In this document: positions 20,422 to 28,182 of the stretch, in pieces
Layout: every line of letters starts with the position of its first letter
How positions within the stretch are numbered: position 1 is the first letter of the stretch
Assembly: GCA_039926685.1 (NCBI GenBank)
Contig: JBDSWM010000350.1
Span: forward strand, 1-59,950
Direction of reading: 5' to 3'
DNA from: Fibrobacteria bacterium
GTDB taxonomy: Bacteria; Fibrobacterota; Fibrobacteria; UBA11236
Length of the DNA: 59,950 bases
Notes under the pieces: model-generated
What the model saw: only the letters and a program-made list of their open reading frames with translations
Told to the model about the DNA's origin: nothing
Database searches by the model: none
Position numbers and translations under genes: made by a program

Positions 20422-21261
20422 CTACACGTCGAAAAAGCCGCGTATCAACCCATCGTTCATCACTTCGAACGGATGGTCCGCGAACACCTTTTGACGTAAC
20501 TCTTCGGCCGCATCCATCACTTCCGTTGATCGCGTCCGCGCAAGCTCCCCTATCTTCCCCATGTATTCGCGATTAAACACCTGGCTATCGCCGTCAACCG
20601 CCCCGGCGCGGACATAGGCGCGCGCCTTCTTGTGACAGCGGCAACTGTTCAATGGGTTGACCAGACCGCAACGATTATTCATCCACTCACGCAGGTCGCG
20701 CCGGGCGCGCGAGAGCTGTACGCGGAAATTCGCCGGCGTGGTATTCGTCATTTCCGCCCCAAGCTGGTGATCCGCCCCGAAAATATCGCCGAGAATCAAG
20801 ACGATGCGTTGCGGCCGGTTCAAACACGCGAGCATTCCGGTTGTGCACTGGATGCGCAATTCTTCTATCGTCCCTGCTTCCAAAACCTGTTCCGCCTCAG
20901 TGATCTGCTCATCAGCGACCGCCGCGATGCTGTCGAAATAGGTTGCGAAATCCTCGGTCACAAGCTCTCTACCGCGACGTTTGCAAGACAAAAACTCGTT
21001 GACGGTCATGCGGTATAGCCAGGTTCGGAACGCGCTTTCACGCCGGAACGAGCGTAGGGAAGTGATGGCTTTGACGAGAATTTGCTGCGTAAGGTCCTCC
21101 GCGTCCGCGCGCACGCCGAACATCTTGAGCGCAACGTTGAAAACGAATGACTGGTGCCGCAAGATCAGCACTTGCAGTGCGTGTTTGCTTCCCGCAAGGG
21201 CCTCTTCGATCAGACGATCATCCGTCTCATCCGAATACTCCCGGGAAAAAGGGTTCAACAT
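20422..21261 (-). CDS. ECF-type sigma-70 factor with ~85-aa C-terminal extension containing a C-x9-CxCH cluster
   Basis: Region 2: DAEDLTQQILVKAITSLRSFRRESAFRTWLYRMTVNEF. Region 4: LNRPQRIVLILGDIFGADHQLGAEMTNTTPANFRVQLSRARRDLREWM. Then NNRCGLVNPLNSCRCHKKARAYV... No adjacent anti-sigma gene. Confidence 0.8.
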   Translation of the reverse strand: MLNPFSREYSDETDDRLIEEALAGSKHALQVLILRHQSFVFNVALKMFGVRADAEDLTQQILVKAITSLRSFRRESAFRTWLYRMTVNEFLSCKRRGRELVTEDFATYFDSIAAVADEQITEAEQVLEAGTIEELRIQCTTGMLACLNRPQRIVLILGDIFGADHQLGAEMTNTTPANFRVQLSRARRDLREWMNNRCGLVNPLNSCRCHKKARAYVRAGAVDGDSQVFNREYMGKIGELARTRSTEVMDAAEELRQKVFADHPFEVMNDGLIRGFFDV

Positions 21262-21301
21262 CCCGCCACCTCATCCGTAGCCGACACCGCGCCCAGGCCA
21301 A

Positions 21302-22051
21302 TCAATTGCGGCCGGCCATGACACCGCCATCGACATCCCAGATGGCGCCCGTCACCCACGCCGCGCGGTCAGAAAGTAAAAACTCGATGACTCCCACGAC
21401 GTCGGGGATTTGGCCGATTCGCCCTATCGGGTGCAAACCGTTAAAACCCTGGAGAACCTCCCCGACCTTCTCTTTGGGAATGAAGCCCTCGTACACAGGC
21501 GTTTCCACGATCGCCGGCGCGACGGCGTTCACGCGGATTTTCGCATCCGCCAGCTCCATGGCCAAATGCTGCGTCAGGGCATGCATTCCGGACTTCGCCA
21601 TCGAGTAAGCGGAAGACGGCGTCGCCTTGATCGCTTGATAAGCCCACATCGATCCCATGTTCACGATCGCGCCGCCGCCGTTCGCTTTCATATTCCTGGC
21701 AATCGCTTGGGTCACGAAAAACAGGCTGCGGTTGAGGGTTAGGTACTTGTCGTAGTCCTCGATCGCGTGATCGAGGAACGCTTTCGGTACGAAGGTGCCG
21801 GCGGCATTGAGCAAATGCACGATATGATCCGGGGACTTCTCGATGCTTTCGCAAAGCCCGCGCACCTGCTCTTGATCGTAAAGATCGACCTTTTCAATTT
21901 GAACGGCGCCTCCGAGAAGGCTTTGTGCGCCGTCTATGTGCTCTTCGCTCCGGCCAATGACCACGACGCGGTCAACTCGCTCGCGCAGCCGCCTCGCCGT
22001 TTCCAGACCGATTCCACTCGTGCCGCCGACAATCCATGCTGCCTTTTTCAT
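21302..22051 (-). CDS. short-chain dehydrogenase/reductase (SDR) family oxidoreductase
   Basis: [14 protein letters not shown] cofactor motif, NAAG, and catalytic S...YSMAK. Confidence 0.85.
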   Translation of the reverse strand: MKKAAWIVGGTSGIGLETARRLRERVDRVVVIGRSEEHIDGAQSLLGGAVQIEKVDLYDQEQVRGLCESIEKSPDHIVHLLNAAGTFVPKAFLDHAIEDYDKYLTLNRSLFFVTQAIARNMKANGGGAIVNMGSMWAYQAIKATPSSAYSMAKSGMHALTQHLAMELADAKIRVNAVAPAIVETPVYEGFIPKEKVGEVLQGFNGLHPIGRIGQIPDVVGVIEFLLSDRAAWVTGAIWDVDGGVMAGRN

Positions 22052-22361
22052 CTCGGACCTCTTTTGAGCTTGTTGTAGACTTCCGCGGATTAGACGCGAT
22101 TCAAGCCAAGTGTTACAGTCGGAGGCCGGTCATTCCTTGGCGAAGAGGCAGGCTCGGATTGGGGCACGGCAAGATGCACATGGGGCGGGCAGGAATGAAA
22201 AGAAGCCCAGCGGAGTGGTAAGAGGGCTGGACACTGTTTGGGGAGGGGATCCGGGTAGGGTTGGTAATTGCCTATGCATTACCTTAAGCGTCGCGCGTCT
22301 TCAAAGCGGCGTTCGTTGACAAGCGCCCGATAAAGCCCTGCCAGTCGGTTGAGGTAAACGC

Positions 22362-22736
22362 TTAAATCAGCGCTTTATAGGCCGCCGCGTCCAACAGGCC
22401 TTCTTGGGAAGCCTTATCCACCTTCACCTTGATGATCCAGCCATTTCCGTAAGGATCCTGGTTGATCACGCCGGCGTCGGCGGATAGTGCGGCGTTGACT
22501 TCCGTTACCGTGCCGGATACGGGAGCATACAGTTCCGCCACCGTCTTGACGGCTTCGATGGTGCCGAAGCTTTTGCCGGAATGCACCTCCGCTCCCACCT
22601 TGGGCAATTCCACAAATACGATATCACCCAGTTCGCGTTGGGCGTGATCGGTGACGCCGACAGTCGCGACGGCGCCTTCGATCTTCGTCCATTCGTGGTC
22701 CTTGGTGTATTTCAGCTCATGGGGAACAAGGGACAT
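22362..22736 (-). CDS. gcvH: glycine cleavage system H protein
   Basis: 124 aa with the lipoyl-lysine motif TIEAVKTVAELYAPVSG. Confidence 0.95.
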   Translation of the reverse strand: MSLVPHELKYTKDHEWTKIEGAVATVGVTDHAQRELGDIVFVELPKVGAEVHSGKSFGTIEAVKTVAELYAPVSGTVTEVNAALSADAGVINQDPYGNGWIIKVKVDKASQEGLLDAAAYKALI

Positions 22737-22789
22737 TCTGTCCTCCTAAAAAACCGCTCAATGCGGGTTGTGATGGCGCCTGCCGGAGG

Positions 22790-23488
22790 TCAATCCCCGG
22801 CGTCTTCGGAGCCGAGAGCGGCCCCGACCTTCTTGAAAGCCGCATTGGCATTCTGCAATCCCGATCGGAAAGCGGCGGAATGCTGCTTTTCCTCGGTATC
22901 GTTCTCGGATTTGAAAAAGCGTTCGGCGTTGTAGGCTCCCGTGACCAGGGACTCCAAACCCTTGGCGAGCTGATCTTGCGCGTCTTTCAGCTCCGGCGGG
23001 AGCTTGGGGGCGATTGAAGCGAGTTTATCCTTGGCGCGGCGGGCCTCGGCAAGGTATCCCACCGCCTTATTCTGCAAGGCCTCGTATTCTTCATCGGAAA
23101 TATCGGCCACGGCGCTCAGGCTCAGGCCGGACATGTTGCGGGCAGCCCGGCGGCCCGCTTCCAGCACCCCTTTCAGTTCCAGCTTGCCTTCCGTCACGGC
23201 AGCATCGTTCTTGGAAGCGCCCAAAGCGGCGGTATCTGGCGGCGGCGGGGCTATGGGATCGGGAGCCTTGAGGGGCTGGGGAGGCGGAGCGACCACTACG
23301 GCATCGTCCCCGTGCAATTCCCCGCCGGCCAGGTATTGGCTGGTATGGAATACGGCGGCGCACAAGGTAAGGATGGCGAAGAAATAGGAAAGGGCGACGC
23401 GTGCCGGACCCCGCGCATTGATGGCGCCGATAAAGGCGGTCAATGCCACCGCGTACAAAAGGGTGAGCTGCATCAGGTCGGTTTTCAT
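22790..23488 (-). CDS. hypothetical membrane protein (2 TM + Pro-rich linker + helical domain)
   Basis: The start at 23488 has SD GAAGGAGAGCCGATG. Two N-terminal TM helices, a PPPQPLKAPDPIAPPPP linker, and a helical Ala/Lys/Glu-rich C-terminus. The ORF-track start at 23632 is probably too long. Confidence 0.55.
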   Translation of the reverse strand: MKTDLMQLTLLYAVALTAFIGAINARGPARVALSYFFAILTLCAAVFHTSQYLAGGELHGDDAVVVAPPPQPLKAPDPIAPPPPDTAALGASKNDAAVTEGKLELKGVLEAGRRAARNMSGLSLSAVADISDEEYEALQNKAVGYLAEARRAKDKLASIAPKLPPELKDAQDQLAKGLESLVTGAYNAERFFKSENDTEEKQHSAAFRSGLQNANAAFKKVGAALGSEDAGD

Positions 23489-23661
23489 CGGCTCTCCTTC
23501 TCGGACCATCCGGGGCTCCGGCGGCGCGACTGCGCGCCCGGATCCCGTGGTCGCAAGATTCTCCGGCGCATGCCGGTTCGGTTTATCCGAAAAAACGATA
23601 GTGAATATAAAATTCGGGGGGTGCGGCTCCAACCCACGGGGGTTGCTATTTTTCGCGAAAC

Positions 23662-25074
23662 ATGAACGCCGGCGGAAACATGATCATGGAGCAGGCGAAC
23701 CCCGCCATCGTCGAACCCATCGGGATACTCGGCTACGGCGTGGAAGGTGCCAGCACTTGCCGTTATTTGCTCGACCGCGGCTTCACCGATCTCGTCATTT
23801 TCGATCGCCGGGCGCCGCAGGATTTGGACCCGCGCGTCCGTTATGCCGGCACCGACCAGGACGGCGGCTATCTCGCCGGCCTGGCTTCCGTCCGCACGCT
23901 GTTCCGATCCGCTGGCGTGCGGCCCGATCTGCCCGACATAGCGGCCTTCGTCCGCAGGGGAGGAGTCCTGACTTCGCAAACGGGGCTGGCCTTCGCCTTG
24001 GCCGGCCGGGAGCGCATCATCGGCGTCACCGGCACGGTAGGCAAGGGCACCTGCTGTTCCCTGCTCCAGGCCATGCTCGAGGAAGCGGCCATCCCATCCC
24101 GGCTGGGGGGTAACATCGGCGTTCCCGCCCTGGATTTGGCCGGCGCGTTGGCTCCGGGTGAGAAGCTCATCCTGGAGCTTTCCAGCTTCCAATTGTCCGC
24201 CTTGGCGGTGAGCCCCGCTTACGCGGCCGTGCTCCGCACCACCACCGAACATCTCGATTGGCATCCCAGCCGGGACGAATATTGGCTGCACAAATCCAAT
24301 TTGGCCGCGCACCAAATGCCCGGGGATTTGCTCGCCTATTGCGCGGATGCGGAAGGCAGCGTCTGGATCGCGAATCAGAGCCCGGCCCGCAAAGCTGCAT
24401 ATGGCAGCGCGGACCGTTCCGGCGCTGATGCTGCGGACGGATCGCGAACGGTGCGCATCACCGGAGACGCGGTGGTCTGGAGCCGGCCGGGATTCCGGAT
24501 ACCGCTTTCGGCCACCCGGCTCAAAGGCGATTTCAACCTGGAGAACATCGCCGCCGCGGGTATCCTGGCGCTTGAATTGGGGGCCGAGCCCCGGCATGTC
24601 GTGGCCGCGGCCATGGCGTTCCGCGGCCTGGAGCATCGCTTGGAGTTCGTGCGCGAACGCGACGGACTGTCCTTCTACAACGACTCCTATGCCACCCGGC
24701 CGGAGGCCACCCTGGGGGCCGTTAATGCCTTGCGGGACGCGCCGCTGGGCCTGATCCTGGGCGGCTCGGAAAAACACGCGGACTTTACCGGCTTGGCGGA
24801 AGCCCTCTCCCGGGCCAAGCATGTCCGCGCCATCGCCCTCATAGGGCAAACCGCCGAGCGGCTTGCGCGGGAATTGGCCGCGGCCGGGGGCGGGGAATTC
24901 CCCGGTGAACGCGCCCTGCGCCAATGCTCCAGCCTGGATGAGGCCATGGGGTTTCTCATGGCCTCGGTCCCAGGCGGGGCGCTCGCGCTGTCCCCGGCAT
25001 GCGCCTCTTTCGGAATGTTCGAAAACTACAAGGAACGGGGAAAAGCTTTCAAGAAGTTGGTGAATGCGCTATGA
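23662..25074 (+). CDS. murD: UDP-N-acetylmuramoylalanine--D-glutamate ligase
   Basis: Mur ligase P-loop GVTGTVGKGT. C-terminal LSPACASFGMFENYKERGKAF, typical of MurD. Confidence 0.85.
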   Translation: MNAGGNMIMEQANPAIVEPIGILGYGVEGASTCRYLLDRGFTDLVIFDRRAPQDLDPRVRYAGTDQDGGYLAGLASVRTLFRSAGVRPDLPDIAAFVRRGGVLTSQTGLAFALAGRERIIGVTGTVGKGTCCSLLQAMLEEAAIPSRLGGNIGVPALDLAGALAPGEKLILELSSFQLSALAVSPAYAAVLRTTTEHLDWHPSRDEYWLHKSNLAAHQMPGDLLAYCADAEGSVWIANQSPARKAAYGSADRSGADAADGSRTVRITGDAVVWSRPGFRIPLSATRLKGDFNLENIAAAGILALELGAEPRHVVAAAMAFRGLEHRLEFVRERDGLSFYNDSYATRPEATLGAVNALRDAPLGLILGGSEKHADFTGLAEALSRAKHVRAIALIGQTAERLARELAAAGGGEFPGERALRQCSSLDEAMGFLMASVPGGALALSPACASFGMFENYKERGKAFKKLVNAL

Positions 25075-25185
25075 GGCCAGAAAGTGCGACGCTTGGGCAG
25101 GGTCCAATAGTTATATTAAAAAAAGTGCAAAGACTCCTCCTCGCCGCGCAGGGCCTTTAAACTCAAGCCCGGAGCGTCGCCTCAT

Positions 25186-25692
25186 ATGCTCTCCGAAGAT
25201 TACGAAAAGATGATGCTGATCTACCTGTCCGGTCTGGTGGACGGCGCCGGTTTCCGCAAAATCGAGGATTTGAACCGCCTGGGCTCCCGGGAACTGCTGC
25301 AGCTATCTCAAAAGGTGGACGATTCCGCTTTGGGCCTTTTCGTGCAACTCCTCAAAAGCTCCGAGTCCGGCGAGCGGTTGTTCGAAAAGTTGATGGGCGA
25401 TCATGAAGAGGAGAACCGCACGCTGGTGGATGCCTTCTTCACCCGCTATCTCAAGGTGGTGCTGTCCAGCGTCCAGGAAGGCGAGAATTTCAATCCCTTG
25501 GAAGTGTATCTGCCCACGCACACATTCGATGATCTCGCCTTCCTGCAGAGCCGGCAGGGCTTTTTCCTGCGCCAGACCATCGATACCATCAATGAATACC
25601 TGAACGGCGCCTTCCCGGGCAAGCACCATTTCGGCCCGGGTGAACAGCAAGCGGCCTGGGAGTATTTTTGGGGAAAGATAATGGAGAAATGA
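25186..25692 (+). CDS. hypothetical protein (168 aa)
   Basis: Sense-frame ORF with no recognisable motif. Its 3' end overlaps the clpS ORF start. Confidence 0.45.
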   Translation: MLSEDYEKMMLIYLSGLVDGAGFRKIEDLNRLGSRELLQLSQKVDDSALGLFVQLLKSSESGERLFEKLMGDHEEENRTLVDAFFTRYLKVVLSSVQEGENFNPLEVYLPTHTFDDLAFLQSRQGFFLRQTIDTINEYLNGAFPGKHHFGPGEQQAAWEYFWGKIMEK

Positions 25693-26066
25693 ACGGGAAT
25701 ATGGGAGTGGAAGGCGCCATGAGCGATGAGCCCGGCAAGCCCTCCCCTAAAACCGCCCCTGCGGAAGAAGGCGAAACCGGGACCGAAACGCTGGCCAAGC
25801 CGGCCCTGAATTGGAAAGTCGTGCTGTTCAATGATGAGGAACACACCTACGATTATGTGGTCGAGATGCTCACCTCAGCCTGCAAGCTGTCGCGTGAAAA
25901 CGCTTTCCGCTGCGCGGTGGAAGTGGATATGACCGGCAGGACGATCGTGTTCTACGGAACCCGATCCGATTGCGAAGGCGTATGCTCGAAAATCCTCGCC
26001 TATGGTCCCGATCACCGCCTCCCGCAAAGCATGGCATCCATGAACGCGGAAACGCAATCGCTGTGA
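25668..26066 (+). CDS. clpS: ATP-dependent Clp protease adaptor ClpS
   Basis: WKVVLFNDEEHTYDYVVEMLTSACKLSRENAFRCAVEVDMTGRTIVFYG core. The true start may be one of the in-frame ATGs a few codons downstream. Confidence 0.85.
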   Translation: MGKDNGEMNGNMGVEGAMSDEPGKPSPKTAPAEEGETGTETLAKPALNWKVVLFNDEEHTYDYVVEMLTSACKLSRENAFRCAVEVDMTGRTIVFYGTRSDCEGVCSKILAYGPDHRLPQSMASMNAETQSL

Positions 26067-26185
26067 ATCCGCTTCGCTCCATCTTTGATGGCAGCGTTTG
26101 ATCCTTCCCGCCCAGCCCCGATTACACTTGGTTTATCTGCATTCCGGCCCAGGAAAAACCTTCCATAAATTTTCTCAAAATTGGC

Positions 26186-26215
26186 TTGCAAGTCTCTACA
26201 CGCCGTTGTTATCTT
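26186..26215 (+). promoter_or_regulatory. possible sigma70-like promoter of the HU/IHF-like gene
   Basis: TTGCAA, 18 nt spacer, TATCTT, about 40 nt upstream of the TTG start. The match is weak. Confidence 0.25.
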
Positions 26216-26256
26216 CATTCTGTTAACCACAATATCTTGGGGTACCGGAGGTTAAT

Positions 26257-26622
26257 TTGAAGAATGTGACCAAGCAGGACCTGGTTCAGGAAGCGGCCAA
26301 ATCAAGCGGTCATCCTCAGTTGGAGATCAAGGAAGTCGCCGAGCAGTTCATGCGGCTCGTGGGCGAGTACTTGTCCCAGGAAAAGACCATCGAGATCCGA
26401 GGTTTCGGTACCTTTTATACCAAGGTCCGTAAACCCAGGCCCGCCCGTAACCCGCGCACGGGGGAGATTTGTCCCTTAGGGCGCCGCAAGGTGGCTCTGT
26501 TCCGGTTTTCGGCCGATATGAAGACCCAGATCCGGGACGTCCCGGAACTGACCGAGGTCTTGTCGCAGTCCTTGGTCCAGACCCCGGCTACCGAAGCCGG
26601 GGCTTCCTTGGCTGGCCGATAA
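26257..26622 (+). CDS. HU/IHF-family DNA-binding protein
   Basis: TTG start. IEIRGFGTFYTKVRKPRPARNPRTGE...V.LFRFS arm motif. Confidence 0.85.
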   Translation: MKNVTKQDLVQEAAKSSGHPQLEIKEVAEQFMRLVGEYLSQEKTIEIRGFGTFYTKVRKPRPARNPRTGEICPLGRRKVALFRFSADMKTQIRDVPELTEVLSQSLVQTPATEAGASLAGR

Positions 26623-26635
26623 GCGCATCCGGTTG

Positions 26636-26664
26636 AAAAGGCGTCCTCCGGGGCGCCTTTTTCA
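26636..26664 (+). terminator. rho-independent terminator after the HU/IHF-like gene
   Basis: AAAAGGCGTCC-TCCG-GGGCGCCTTTTT hairpin followed by a T-run. Confidence 0.75.
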
Positions 26665-26751
26665 TATCCAGCAACGATATCCACTCTTGGCGGAGCTCCT
26701 TCCCTGGAGCCTCCCTTTTATCAGTCGGCTCCGTAATGATACACTGGGTGG

Positions 26752-28182
26752 GTGGTATCCCGATTCCGCCGCCAGGCCTCCGCCGTTCCCTTACCTATAG
26801 CCGCCTATTTCCCGCCGCTTATCCTGCTGCTCATCCTGGCCATGCCTTGCGTGCGGGCCCAGCCGCTACTGTTGATTGGCAAGGCGGACGCGGAATTGAG
26901 CGGCGCCTTCTCTTATGAATTCCTGAAATCGCCCTTATCCCGCCCTTTCGACCAAGGGCGGGCCCATATCAGCCTGAACCTTCCTTTTAACGCCTCCGCA
27001 CAAGCGCAGCGATTCATCGGATCCATCGCCGATTCGGCCGTGGTCGTGCCGGAATTGTTCGCGCGCATTTCCCAGGATGTGAACGCGCAAGTGGACGTTT
27101 CCGCTCCCGTGTTCGGCGGCGTGCTGTTCTTCGCGGCGCGGGAAAACGCCAGCCTGCGCGTGGCGGGCTCTTTGGGCAACGCCGCCTTCGACCTGGATAC
27201 CACCATGGAGGGGGGTTCCATCCTGCTCAAAGGCAGCATCCATATGCCTTTGCTGTTCGAAATGCATTGGCGATCCTTAAGCTTCGGCTACGCTGTCCGC
27301 CCCTCGCCTTGGCTGACCTTGGGTTTCCAGGTGCACAAGCATCAGTTCAGTGCGGGCACCTCCGGCGATTTGAGGCCGGATCTTTCCGGGCGCATCTCTG
27401 TGGGCGGAGAGGCGGGCAACACTTCCTTCCCGGTGGAATATCCCGACAACAAGGTGTACGGCACCGCGGACGGCGCCTACCAGGGTACCGCCTGGAGTCC
27501 CGAGATGGCGGTGGGGGTCGGTCCGGTGCGCCTGGTCTCCCGCATGGGCGCGCGCATGGCCGCCCGGGGTCACCTGAATGTTACCTATGCGGTTCCCTAT
27601 TTCATCGATCCGGGGGATTTCGAACCGCGGTTCACGGAGCCGGATTCCTTCCTGGCCTCGGACAATCTGCGCCGATTGCTGAACGGCGAGACCGGAAAGC
27701 GCGAGATCCACATCCAGGATCGCCTTATCCTCAGCCTGCCGCAATCCCATACCATCAGCGTGGATTTGTGGCCGGGCAAGCTGTCCCTCAGCTACAGCAA
27801 GGTTTTCGGGCATGTGTCCATCCATATGGAAAGCGACGCGCCGCCGGAGGAAGCGTCCCGGGACGAATCCGGGAGCGGAACGGACAGCAGCGGTCTGGAC
27901 ACGCAGGGTTTCGTGGACCTGGATTTGTTCCCGGATCAGGTGATTTGCCTAAGCGGCACCTTCAGCTGGTTCCATGGGGACGTGGGCGCGCATACGCTCA
28001 ATGTCGGCTATGGCGGGAAGGACGGGCTGCTTTCCGGGCTGTCTCCGCTGGAATGGGACGGGGATCCCTTCGTGCCCATCCTCGATTTCGGATTCACCTG
28101 GGGCTATCCGCTGGTGTTCAATACCGACTTCTTCGTCTCCCCGCTCCCCGCGGTGCGATCGGGGGTGACCTATGCGTTTTGA
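26752..28182 (+). CDS. hypothetical outer-membrane beta-barrel-like protein (476 aa), first gene of the envelope locus
   Basis: GTG start. Signal peptide ...LILLLILAMPCVRAQ. Alternating-hydrophobicity segments. C-terminal ...SGVTYAF (aromatic terminal residue typical of OMPs). Its stop overlaps the next gene's ATG by 11 nt. Confidence 0.6.
   Translation: MVSRFRRQASAVPLPIAAYFPPLILLLILAMPCVRAQPLLLIGKADAELSGAFSYEFLKSPLSRPFDQGRAHISLNLPFNASAQAQRFIGSIADSAVVVPELFARISQDVNAQVDVSAPVFGGVLFFAARENASLRVAGSLGNAAFDLDTTMEGGSILLKGSIHMPLLFEMHWRSLSFGYAVRPSPWLTLGFQVHKHQFSAGTSGDLRPDLSGRISVGGEAGNTSFPVEYPDNKVYGTADGAYQGTAWSPEMAVGVGPVRLVSRMGARMAARGHLNVTYAVPYFIDPGDFEPRFTEPDSFLASDNLRRLLNGETGKREIHIQDRLILSLPQSHTISVDLWPGKLSLSYSKVFGHVSIHMESDAPPEEASRDESGSGTDSSGLDTQGFVDLDLFPDQVICLSGTFSWFHGDVGAHTLNVGYGGKDGLLSGLSPLEWDGDPFVPILDFGFTWGYPLVFNTDFFVSPLPAVRSGVTYAF

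Noticed and set aside
23485-24924. 479-aa minus-strand ORF opposite murD. Similar long antisense ORFs lie at 12570-14141 (+), 29426-31360 (-), 33493-34839 (-), 58141-59316 (-), 41502-42392 (-) and 49932-50828 (-).
   Set aside because: Each lies opposite a gene with clear family motifs. Their products are Arg/Gly/Pro/Ala-rich with no motifs. This is the typical stop-codon-poor antisense frame of GC-rich DNA.
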